From a virus: DNA of 64,000 nt. This document shows positions 49,601 through 57,189 of this stretch, one piece after another; position 1 is the stretch's first letter, and each line of letters opens with the position of its first letter. Position numbers and translations under genes: made by a program. The stretch lies in the IMG/VR virus record IMGVR_UViG_3300024261_002139, positions 2,921-66,920 of that record. The stretch is one strand, 5' to 3'. The notes beneath the pieces were generated by a model, which made no database searches, was not told where the DNA came from, and saw only the letters and a program-made list of their open reading frames with translations.

Positions 49601-51658
49601 TCTTTGAAGCTCGGATTACCGCAAAGCTCCTCAAACGGAGAAGCGAAGATTTGGTATACCAATCACGAAGTTATACCTACTGGCTTGTCAGACCCATTGA
49701 CTGTTGGTGTCACACCGAAGGAGGGGCTGAGAATATCTTTTATAGGGCTCGATGTCCCAGGCGGCAACGATAACACATATTCTATTCCGTATTTCGACTG
49801 GGATCACAAACAATCCCTTCCATTATTCGAAATGGCAATGAACAACTTTTTGGCAGAAACAGTAAATTTCTTTATCAAAGGAAAACAGCTACTCTCTCTT
49901 AGTTCCAAAACACAATCTGAGTGGCAAGTGTTACAAAAAGATCTACCATATTATATGGATGTAACTCTGAACAAAGTAGACTTGGATATGATAAGGGCAT
50001 ACCATTCGTCAAATCATCCACTTGATACTGATGTGTATTCAGAAGGCAGAAAGATGAATGGTAGATATTTCGGCCCACCAAGTATGAGAAAAGAAGCCGA
50101 TGATCCTTCGTATGGGTCACCACCATACCCTACAGACGAATATGCATGGAACGATCCAGCCTATGCTCCGTATACTCCTCCATATTTTGAAGGAAAGGCA
50201 ACAGCAAGAATAACATTTACTCCGTCAGAAACAAAACAACACACGATAGAAGAAATATTCTCTGGCTCAACTGTAACATATATAAATGCTGGCTTTGGTG
50301 GAGATTATTCTGGATCAATTGCTCATAGCGGAACCATGAAGCTAGATTCTTCTATTAACATCTTTGGAAGACGGACGATATTGGAAAGAAAGTATGAAGT
50401 AGCTGATGATCAAAGTATAGCAGATACACAAGGGGTCCAGTATGCAGCGGGTAATCTCAATTTGACATCAGGTCCAGCGGGAGAACCACCCTTAATAGCG
50501 AAAGAAATAGGAATAGATTTTAGCGGAGACAATGATGTGTGGACTATTTCTCCAAAATTCGAATGCCCTGTTCTTGACTTTCAGGGAGAATTAGAAGCAC
50601 TAACGGGCAGAACTACTGGCAGCGGAGGACTGACAGATACTTCGTTGATACAGACGAGTGGCTTCGGTAGAGGAATGTGGGGCAATTACGGAACACAACC
50701 AACAGGTTCGCAAGGTATATTTTTAGGCGTGGAAGACCACCCCAAGCTTCACAATCCCAATGGCCCAATTCAGCCCACCACCATTCCGGGAGGCTCTTTA
50801 TTATCAGCACTTGGTTTTAGTGCCGAGCAAAAGAGAATTGGAGAAGTAGCAGATACTAAACAGATTAGTGAAGCTATTGTTGCTATTCCCTTTGTCGATT
50901 ATCCAGTAACGCAGGAAAATACAGATTTTGCTTTTACTAGAGAATATATCTGCAAGAATGTTATTGGCATTGACAGAGAGATTTTTGATATCCAGAAAGT
51001 CAATCTAGAGAAAGGAAGACCTGCCATTAGGGAAGGCGACTTCGGAAGCAACATTGCTGTTCAGTCTACATCAATAACAGACATGATAACAAAGATGAAG
51101 AAATACATCTTACCACCTCAACTTGACTTCGTTAAACTCAGTAGTGCCATTGATCCATTTGTTATGTATATAATGGAGTTTGAGCACACATTAGATAACG
51201 AAGATTTGTCAGATATCTGGCAAGGGGTTATGCCAAAGATCGCGATATCGGCAGAAAAAGATGAAGCAGTTGTTTCGCACAAAACTGGTAAATTTGAGTT
51301 CTTTGGCGACAAGGGGTTACCGACAGAACTTAGATGGATGGTGTTCAAGGTGAAGAGAAAGGCTGCAGATAATTATTTTAATTTGTTGCCAGAACTCAAA
51401 GACAAATCAATTAAACAAAACTTTAATTTTGATTATACTTATAACTGGCCATATGATCACTTTTCTTTGGTCGAATTGGCAAAAATAGAGGTAGAGACTG
51501 AATTCAATAACCACCTGGGATACGAGAACACACAGCAGGCAATGGCAACCAGCACTGGTGCCACAGCCAACCCCTCAAACATAGTCAACGCAGAGGGGGG
51601 GGCGAGCAAACTGAAGACGAATGTTCCCAATAGGGCGACTACAAAGAAAAAGAGATAA
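43634..51658 (+). CDS. Giant virion protein with LDL-receptor class B (YWTD) beta-propellers
   Basis: Repeated GIALD...GKMYWTD....IQRANLDG units; two clear and one degenerate six-blade sets. Confidence 0.85.
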   Translation: MANTTKKTPFSIYSSSVNTGYGSEISSSFMPGVDITNLHSDEYGDSRDAPAQGPFTEKYVGGNQHRHVALNDGGDTPETRPELFHLSMSLGALEISGIDTLDVNRPRAYYLRDELAKRPLNIRNIQQTTGSTIIGNYTHDYEFVQTSGRFVNNRAFIESQGEGFAQYVTTQFITGAKDPNRALPDFDLTGSNKFVFVNRFNAPGGPDVSSRGVLDTYSEEYAPNNVMTVRNHSVRSLLRSDLARHTPKATTRTSAYKGYTTPTEFHNDNRNPKATKNLRVYQLGLSPQDSIEDLVATPPSPHGVAIDVIAGKMYWVDDSTDEIQRANLDGSNQEVVLVPSGNPTMYDVAIDTTAGKMYWTDYTTPRIQRANLDGSGEEDLVTAGLSTPFGIALDTDAGKMYWTDYTTPKIQRANLDGSSVEDLPTVVGSQPKGIALDVTAGKMYWIERVGSKIRRANLDGSDSEDILSDSGTISYLFLDTVAEKIYWTNNTYDNIKRANFDGTSVESIVSISAPSELTGIALDTSAGKIYWADRTTDKIQRANMPDVSEYKSFDNAHVTHEIPQADLRYAWIHASAITTEDQLPGHQNSSSVPYRPFDDIQYVSSSDFVSFGLQGDVGYPSGYAKGRRFGKSKSDVYTGGSTDTSGGLDLLTNTISSMTVVDMSLDPYREKIYYIDRATATNFKIKRIDFDGMNDAVLYETGSEITALELDIPNEKIYFSIAYDSAASPSGAEVFEMPSAGTASAASSSVAIFGDYDTSEIKALTYDSIDARLYYNLNNGASALSADDYIKFGYIDISDSSRNDVWTNPPGSRHFVTSMAFDSAEKKIYWAQHHDSSGFAEMGIYKTSRLDLPEITASLILSVDDVGSSPREVISVSLDNYRNKVYFTARQSLTGAEIPEMYRCDKDGSNLEYVFTELYYGPNVSAPLSYGVQINSFEYNAADDGIYWASRSGSSDARIARWRGFHGPGTHTDQVWTDFAGINFHIYEPVDLTQNTAGHTDSTFVAGDSEPNQKPKNFVKTLIDNPSSPATTLRDVELDTVNKKMYWTDSSLHTIERADLDGGNREILYNTTIDEYGVAIQSPYGLALDIDAGFLYFTDFGTLQKRVRRGSLDGTAPLLVLADSNDGLGLPAGMNIDVANSRLYFVDSVADVIFTMSTVSGSAVTTLLQTGKSPNCIALDTVNNKMYWTDSGDGTAVDDLDTIQRANLDGTGAEVLINFPNPTANTPRGIVLDVSANKMYWTDSNIDKIQRANLDGTNIETLFDSEEPGDLQDPSGITIDTSTGLLYWSDFGSSEDNIKRSYIPEALIFGNANEADPSVYNERGIVQYLNAHGPGHTIDYRVDVDNSGSDIGRTAIFNSLMLHRNGPYQHPSWKSIRTGEHKVARQMKKENIISVEDPAEAFTVVEGNTRLTINPKGSNTSTNFTEPLVSSKYKPVKHLFTLKGAKSNTSAYQVKSTYANNISYFANKALNAKLTLLKCGDQAYNRFLDMYDSVNSTLAEEENPVKDFISFKYNETVYPKEENTYLNIIRTRDQYAEVAGYGVNGYDKQYGTQRTFWRDNIADRQRTPEEFLDSLGQKTIEPIFTALQSVKAGSLNVHAGGRSVWPIDVASDIEFESLVDSVLLSSFGFTTDLETWPWKTLSSQDSGELVKGNFIFNLMYSGTNPPLDNNGFFRLIQRERWYNSWTDELVGGYSGRNAPLDYCYFLGGYQSGSGVSGSSAPYNSTLDHGLNYKIQEESGKKPWFDSYDEYSSDIRYAAKDYSVIPEFRISDQIEYYFGQNTGKHVGISNNKIFNLKGASLSSSATTETSPFDEDFFKTYLHSDISKDYDRVSSDHKGLASLDRITLRCKGIKKLLPYTGFYPQNRTLQMASLLSQSLIPYVGGKQLVLDDTTNFYTDVDTETQIKASATQPLFSPGILYNTIKSGIAVDWPLFTGSIMEDEYSVASLANPINRLFPSSTPPDTYGESFPWPHEVYGRAANYRLPFETLASLKLGLPQSSSNGEAKIWYTNHEVIPTGLSDPLTVGVTPKEGLRISFIGLDVPGGNDNTYSIPYFDWDHKQSLPLFEMAMNNFLAETVNFFIKGKQLLSLSSKTQSEWQVLQKDLPYYMDVTLNKVDLDMIRAYHSSNHPLDTDVYSEGRKMNGRYFGPPSMRKEADDPSYGSPPYPTDEYAWNDPAYAPYTPPYFEGKATARITFTPSETKQHTIEEIFSGSTVTYINAGFGGDYSGSIAHSGTMKLDSSINIFGRRTILERKYEVADDQSIADTQGVQYAAGNLNLTSGPAGEPPLIAKEIGIDFSGDNDVWTISPKFECPVLDFQGELEALTGRTTGSGGLTDTSLIQTSGFGRGMWGNYGTQPTGSQGIFLGVEDHPKLHNPNGPIQPTTIPGGSLLSALGFSAEQKRIGEVADTKQISEAIVAIPFVDYPVTQENTDFAFTREYICKNVIGIDREIFDIQKVNLEKGRPAIREGDFGSNIAVQSTSITDMITKMKKYILPPQLDFVKLSSAIDPFVMYIMEFEHTLDNEDLSDIWQGVMPKIAISAEKDEAVVSHKTGKFEFFGDKGLPTELRWMVFKVKRKAADNYFNLLPELKDKSIKQNFNFDYTYNWPYDHFSLVELAKIEVETEFNNHLGYENTQQAMATSTGATANPSNIVNAEGGASKLKTNVPNRATTKKKR
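44692..44858 (+). repeat. Identical 38-nt direct repeat, 129-nt period, in adjacent YWTD blades
   Basis: TGCTGGAAAAATGTATTGGACAGATTATACCACTCCAA at 44692-44729 and 44821-44858. Confidence 0.9.
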
Positions 51659-51665
51659 TAAATGA

Positions 51666-52733
51666 ATGACATTTTTAGATAAAAAAGAACAAGTTTTAGA
51701 CATACAGCTTACTCAATATGGCAAATTTCTGCTGTCGCAGGGTAAGCTGAAACCCGTTTATTATAATTTTTTTGATGATGATATATTATACGATTCAACA
51801 TATGCCGGCATAACTGAGCAACAAAACGAAACTCAGGGTAGAATATTAAACCAAGCCAGAACAGAAACACAATATGTTTATGATGGCTTGGAAACAAATA
51901 TTAGAAAAGCCCAAGAGTTGGTTAGGAACGGACTAACACCAAAGATAAGAGAGAAGATACAGAAGACACCAGAAAAACATTATGCCCTATCTGCTCCGAT
52001 AGGAAATAGCAGCCTTATGTCCAATAAGATGCCTGCTTGGAACTTAGATATTCTATATGGCGAGATAAGCGGAAGTGTATCTTACTCAACAGGTTCTCAC
52101 CAAACATTGAGAATTCCACAGGTTAATATTGACACTATAACTTTTGAAACCTACACAAAGAGAACAACCCAAACTCCAGAAGAGTTTGGGGAAGAGAGAG
52201 AGTTTTCTAGACAAGAGGGGCAAACATCTGATCTGACTTTGGCATCTGATTTGTTTAAAGACGGAACCTATATTGATGTCAAGGAAGATTATTTATTGCT
52301 GCAGGTAAGAGAAGAAAATTCAGTATTCTCAAACGAAAACTTTGATGTTGAGATATTTTTAGTTGAGGAAGAAAAGACAGATGTTGTTGTGGGTAGCAGC
52401 ACTTTAACGAACGAAGTTTTAGTTCCGTTAGTGTTCGACAAAAAGAAACCAAAGATAGTGAACAATATATTACTAGACGAGGAAGAAGAAGAAAATGTAG
52501 TGTTAGACCCTACATATGCTGACTATTATTTTTATGTTCACATAGATGATGAGATAGGCAGAGATATCTTGTGCCGGGCTAGCCCAACTCGGGATAAAAC
52601 TCTTTCTGAAGTTAAGAGTTTGGAAGATTTTGAGTGTCCAAGGCCAACTAAACCAGCTCCAGACATATATATAAGTGATGTTGATTTGTGTGACGATGTT
52701 TGTTGCCCGGAAATAGACTTTGAGGCTTCATAA
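51666..52733 (+). CDS. Putative baseplate protein
   Basis: N-terminus LDIQLTQYGK...FFDDDILYD resembles that of ORF 60123; Cys/acidic tail. Confidence 0.6.
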   Translation: MTFLDKKEQVLDIQLTQYGKFLLSQGKLKPVYYNFFDDDILYDSTYAGITEQQNETQGRILNQARTETQYVYDGLETNIRKAQELVRNGLTPKIREKIQKTPEKHYALSAPIGNSSLMSNKMPAWNLDILYGEISGSVSYSTGSHQTLRIPQVNIDTITFETYTKRTTQTPEEFGEEREFSRQEGQTSDLTLASDLFKDGTYIDVKEDYLLLQVREENSVFSNENFDVEIFLVEEEKTDVVVGSSTLTNEVLVPLVFDKKKPKIVNNILLDEEEEENVVLDPTYADYYFYVHIDDEIGRDILCRASPTRDKTLSEVKSLEDFECPRPTKPAPDIYISDVDLCDDVCCPEIDFEAS

Positions 52734-55700
52734 TGGCGATTAATCAAGAAGAAATAATTGGAATGCTCTTACCGTATGTCTCTATAAATAGAGTCACTCT
52801 GGAGTCGTCTGGCCTCACCCGAACCGAAGAAAATCCGCACATAGATTCTCCCTTGGAGAACCCTCTACCGGATAACCCAAGTGGGTTGAGAATTCGTCTG
52901 GACTTATACCTAAAGGATGTGGTAAATGATGATGCTATCAGTACTTGGTTTGACCAACAAGACTTCGCAAAATACATAAGTCTTAAAATATTCCAAAGTG
53001 TAGACCCTAGAATCACTAGCGTTTTGTCAGCCGGTAGAGAGATGATCTCTCTGGTGGACCCTGATGCGGGAATGAACGATAACGATGCCCGGAACAAAAT
53101 TCTTATGGCGGCACTAGATGTTGGTAATGTTGGAGATGCTAGAAATATACTTTTCAGGAAGACGAAATATAAAAAATTGTCACTAAAGAGAGATATGCTT
53201 GGTTCGTCTTCAAAATTATCACAACACGGAGCAAAAGTTGATGCTGACGGGGACAAAGTATTTGAAATAAATTATTCTGTTAATTTTGAATTGCCAGAAA
53301 TAACCCCAGAGCACATATCGTATTTTGCCATGACTTCGTTGGATGTTGAGGCGCTGGCTAGGGATTTCGGTTTAGATTTTCAGTCAACAAACTTATACAG
53401 AATGAACGGAAACCTCGTTTCAGAAATAGTGATTGATGACTATGCTGTCAAATCTGAGTCAACAATATACTATACTGACGATGGAAAAGTGTGGTCTGGG
53501 CCAATTCATAAATTGAAAGGCCAACTCAGAACTGGCTTTGAAGAGGCTTCCAATTCGAGAAATATCAGCAAAGCTACTGTTGTGAACTCGGTAGTACAGG
53601 ACTTTAGAGTTCCTGCTGCGATAAGGAGCATTCCGATAAATTTTTCTTCATTTAGCGATCCAATGCTGAAAGCCCCAATAAGGAATAAAGACAACAAGGG
53701 TGTTGTTCGGCATGAATCGTATTTTTCAGATATGTTTTTGACAAGAGACGCAAGCAGCAATGGAAGATTCTTGTTCGCAACTAACATTCGTAATCTGGTT
53801 TTACACAAAACTGTTTATGGCTCACTTATAAAAAATATGAGCCCAATGGCATTTCAAGAGCTGCTTCGCGATACTAGAATATTAAGCATGAAGGTGTGGA
53901 GAAAGAGAATAAAGAGAAAGGATAGATTTAAAAAAGATCTCCGCTCAGGGCTTAAAACAACCTTAGTAGACTTTGATGTGAACAACTATCCGCCTGAATT
54001 GGTTGCTTCTACTGGTGAGAAGGTTCCTGGAAAGTTAGCAAAAGTTGGGAACGGAAAATCTTATATACGGGAATCAAACTTAAGAGCCGGCAATGCTGCC
54101 GGTGTCAGGTTTTTTACCGGAATGGACAAAAGAACAAAGCAGCTCAATAGAGGTACTTACCAATATGGAGTTGAACTGGAAATAAATGATAGTTCGGTTC
54201 GTTTCTTTAAGAGGCATTTGAATTCTCTGAAAATAGCAAAAAAAGAATTGGTAGATTATTACAACGAGGCAGTTACCCCAACTATGTCAAAGTATCTTGC
54301 CGAAGTTAGCAATCCACATATAGATCACCCTGATGAGTTTGCTGGCACATACGGGGACACATATGGTGGTTGGGATCCATTCTTGGAAAGGTTCTCTCAA
54401 TCATTTATAAGAAAGATGAAAAAGAAATATGTTGACAAGAGAACCCAAGCACCTTGGATAAAGTCTGTTACGATTTATCTAAATGCTTTAAATATATTTA
54501 CTAATATTCTTGCCACGCCAGGCCCTCGCAAAAAACTATTGTTAAGTCTTGGCATGTATGTGAATCCGAAGACAGCAACCCCAAAGGGTATTAGCTCTGT
54601 TATAAAATTGATAGATGATTTGTCTTCCAAGATAGAAGAGATCTTGGAAACAACTGAAAAACGATCACGACACAATACAACTTCGGCTCAAGAGAGCCTT
54701 AATTTGAGGTCTGGCAAATCTACAACTAGAAAAATAAAAATATTAGAATACCTCTATGGGTCTTATGAAGCAGAATCAAATAATAAACCAGCATGGGATT
54801 ACATCGGGGTATCAGGAAAAGAGATAGGGAAGAATGATGGGTTGTTGAAGCTGTCGGCTGCTGAATGGACGGGAAGGGTTAATGCCGAAACTGCCAAACA
54901 CTTTAATGACATTCAAGCAGATATAAATATGCAAGGCGGAGACAAGACGATAACAACAGGTGATTCCATATCTGAGACGAGTCACGGATTTCTAACTCCA
55001 GCGATTATTCACTTTGCTCAAGACTCTGTGTCATTAACAGAGGGGATGCCAGATGCCACAATACAGCCCATAGAATCTCCCCCATCGGAGTCCGACAAAG
55101 AAGAAGGGAAGATAGACAGAAATGTCAAAAATATAAGCAACTTTAATATTTCCCCAGCCAAAAAAATGACTGAACTTAGGGCGAAGGTTCTACAACAAAA
55201 TTCCTCTACTTCGGCAGCAGGCACTGGCAGGCCATCACTGAGAGCAGAGAGAACCGAAGACAAAGATCAGATATCTGATAGCACAACATTCAATAGCATG
55301 AATGGCTTTTTGGCAACAACTATGAATATAGTTATAGAACCAGCAACGATAGAAGTGAAACCTCACGAAGACGGAACTCTTGGGATGAACTTCGTAACAC
55401 CTCAAGATTTAGCAGATATCATAGCACCTTGTGCCGGAAACATAGTTGATAAAGTTGTTGATGTAGGTGAAGGGTGTGCTAGCAACAAAAACAATACTGT
55501 TCCTGTGGAAGTTGACGAGGGTGGTGCAAATGTTCTTTTTGGGACTTTAATAAACACTCTTTCTATATCTGGGGCCACAAACGAAGAAAAAAAGAACCAA
55601 AGTGGTATATTGAGAAGAAGCAATGCTGCCTCTTCCGCGAAGCCAAAGCGGAGAACAACAATCAGCCGCTTTAGTCTATCTGGGCTTACTTCCGATGGTG

Positions 55701-57172
55701 GAAGTGGCTACACCGGAAACGGATATCAAGTAACAACAGCAGAAATAAGTGCATTACCTAACCAACTAAAGAGCTTGTATCTTGCTAGTGCCGGCTCTTC
55801 TGTGGTCAAAAAGAGTACTAAAAGGCTAGTCAGTGCTCTGACATCTCCTGACGGCGGCGCAATCAAAGCAGGGGCACAATTTACATTTAATTTTGGTATG
55901 ATATCTGAAGTGGAATTTCTTGCTGGGTTTAGAAAAGATATAACCGGAGAGGCAATCGTAAGTGAAGGGGTGTGGAAGCAGTTGACGGAAGAGGGATACA
56001 AGAACTTTATTGGAAAGGAAGTCCTCTGTCGATTCAAAGATTATGAAAACAAGAAGCTCGGAATCGAGAAGAGCAAGGGCATGAAAAACACGATGGTTAA
56101 TGAGTTTTTTATCTTGGTGCCAGAGAAACAGAAACCGCCACCACCCGCGCCCATCCTCGAAGGCCCAGAGATGCCCAGTGTAATCAGCAAGATAAATGAA
56201 GACTTTCGAGCCGCTTTCACCCGCAGGGTGCCTGGTATACCAAGCAAAGGTGCTTCTCCAGCAAGTGACTCTCCATCGGGTGGTTCTATTCCGTCTGGCA
56301 GGGGCATGCCGCCCCTTAACCCTCTTTTGAACAACATAGCTGCTACTTTGGGGGCACTAGATTGCGAAACTAATGAGATATCTTCTGACGATATGCAATC
56401 AAACAATTCAGATGACAACGAAGTTGATATTCCTGGCATCAATTGTCTTAATCCTGCTGATAGGGAAATCTTACAAGCAAGCATTGATGAAGCATCGCAA
56501 ATATTGACGGATGCAGAATCAAAGATAAACGATCTAAATAATCAGAAGCAGAATCTAAAGGCTGCTGGACTATCAGGGAGAGACTTGGCACCGGTCCACC
56601 GCGAAATAGTAGAAGCAACCGCTGTTCGTGATGGAGCACTTGCTTTGGTAAACGAAACCAAAGAAAAGCTCGAACTACCTCAATGTGGACAAACCCTCGG
56701 CTTCACTCTTCCTCTGACAGACCGTTCTGGCAATGATCCATGTGGTGAAGTAACTCCTGCCTCTACGGACGAAAATAATGGTGGGGCTTCCGGAGAGAGC
56801 GAAAACGGAGAAACGCTTCTTGGTCTTGCCGGCGGTATCCTTGCGGGAGGGCTTGCCGGCGGTGCTGCAGGAGCAGGCGCCGGCCTCGCGGGAGGGCTTG
56901 TCGGTGGTGCTGCAGGAGCTGCAATTGGCTTTGGTCTTGGTGCCGGAATTGGCTTTGGTCTTGGTGCCGGTACCGCAGCTGCAGCGTTACTATCGGACCC
57001 AGAAACACAAGAAGCACTGGACGACTGTGTTAACAACCCAGCTTTGTGTGCTGAAGAGGTAGTCGATGCTGCTCAGGATGATGCGGAAGAGGCTGTCGAA
57101 GAAGTTGGCGAAGCCGTTGGCACTGTTAGCAACACTGTCGGCAATGCTGTTGGTACAATTCTGGGCTTCTAA
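52733..57172 (+). CDS. Large hypothetical virion protein with C-terminal glycine zipper
   Basis: 1479-aa ORF; C-terminal GLAGG/GAGIGFG repeats. Confidence 0.7.
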   Translation: MAINQEEIIGMLLPYVSINRVTLESSGLTRTEENPHIDSPLENPLPDNPSGLRIRLDLYLKDVVNDDAISTWFDQQDFAKYISLKIFQSVDPRITSVLSAGREMISLVDPDAGMNDNDARNKILMAALDVGNVGDARNILFRKTKYKKLSLKRDMLGSSSKLSQHGAKVDADGDKVFEINYSVNFELPEITPEHISYFAMTSLDVEALARDFGLDFQSTNLYRMNGNLVSEIVIDDYAVKSESTIYYTDDGKVWSGPIHKLKGQLRTGFEEASNSRNISKATVVNSVVQDFRVPAAIRSIPINFSSFSDPMLKAPIRNKDNKGVVRHESYFSDMFLTRDASSNGRFLFATNIRNLVLHKTVYGSLIKNMSPMAFQELLRDTRILSMKVWRKRIKRKDRFKKDLRSGLKTTLVDFDVNNYPPELVASTGEKVPGKLAKVGNGKSYIRESNLRAGNAAGVRFFTGMDKRTKQLNRGTYQYGVELEINDSSVRFFKRHLNSLKIAKKELVDYYNEAVTPTMSKYLAEVSNPHIDHPDEFAGTYGDTYGGWDPFLERFSQSFIRKMKKKYVDKRTQAPWIKSVTIYLNALNIFTNILATPGPRKKLLLSLGMYVNPKTATPKGISSVIKLIDDLSSKIEEILETTEKRSRHNTTSAQESLNLRSGKSTTRKIKILEYLYGSYEAESNNKPAWDYIGVSGKEIGKNDGLLKLSAAEWTGRVNAETAKHFNDIQADINMQGGDKTITTGDSISETSHGFLTPAIIHFAQDSVSLTEGMPDATIQPIESPPSESDKEEGKIDRNVKNISNFNISPAKKMTELRAKVLQQNSSTSAAGTGRPSLRAERTEDKDQISDSTTFNSMNGFLATTMNIVIEPATIEVKPHEDGTLGMNFVTPQDLADIIAPCAGNIVDKVVDVGEGCASNKNNTVPVEVDEGGANVLFGTLINTLSISGATNEEKKNQSGILRRSNAASSAKPKRRTTISRFSLSGLTSDGGSGYTGNGYQVTTAEISALPNQLKSLYLASAGSSVVKKSTKRLVSALTSPDGGAIKAGAQFTFNFGMISEVEFLAGFRKDITGEAIVSEGVWKQLTEEGYKNFIGKEVLCRFKDYENKKLGIEKSKGMKNTMVNEFFILVPEKQKPPPPAPILEGPEMPSVISKINEDFRAAFTRRVPGIPSKGASPASDSPSGGSIPSGRGMPPLNPLLNNIAATLGALDCETNEISSDDMQSNNSDDNEVDIPGINCLNPADREILQASIDEASQILTDAESKINDLNNQKQNLKAAGLSGRDLAPVHREIVEATAVRDGALALVNETKEKLELPQCGQTLGFTLPLTDRSGNDPCGEVTPASTDENNGGASGESENGETLLGLAGGILAGGLAGGAAGAGAGLAGGLVGGAAGAAIGFGLGAGIGFGLGAGTAAAALLSDPETQEALDDCVNNPALCAEEVVDAAQDDAEEAVEEVGEAVGTVSNTVGNAVGTILGF
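56923..56970 (+). repeat. Perfect 24-nt tandem repeat within glycine zipper
   Basis: AATTGGCTTTGGTCTTGGTGCCGG x2. Confidence 0.9.
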
Positions 57173-57189
57173 AGGGGTATAGGGAAAAA

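Noticed and set aside
23347-57172. Inteins or introns in the giant ORFs
   Set aside because: No C/S...HN-C/S/T intein ends with LAGLIDADG motifs and no interrupted frames noticed
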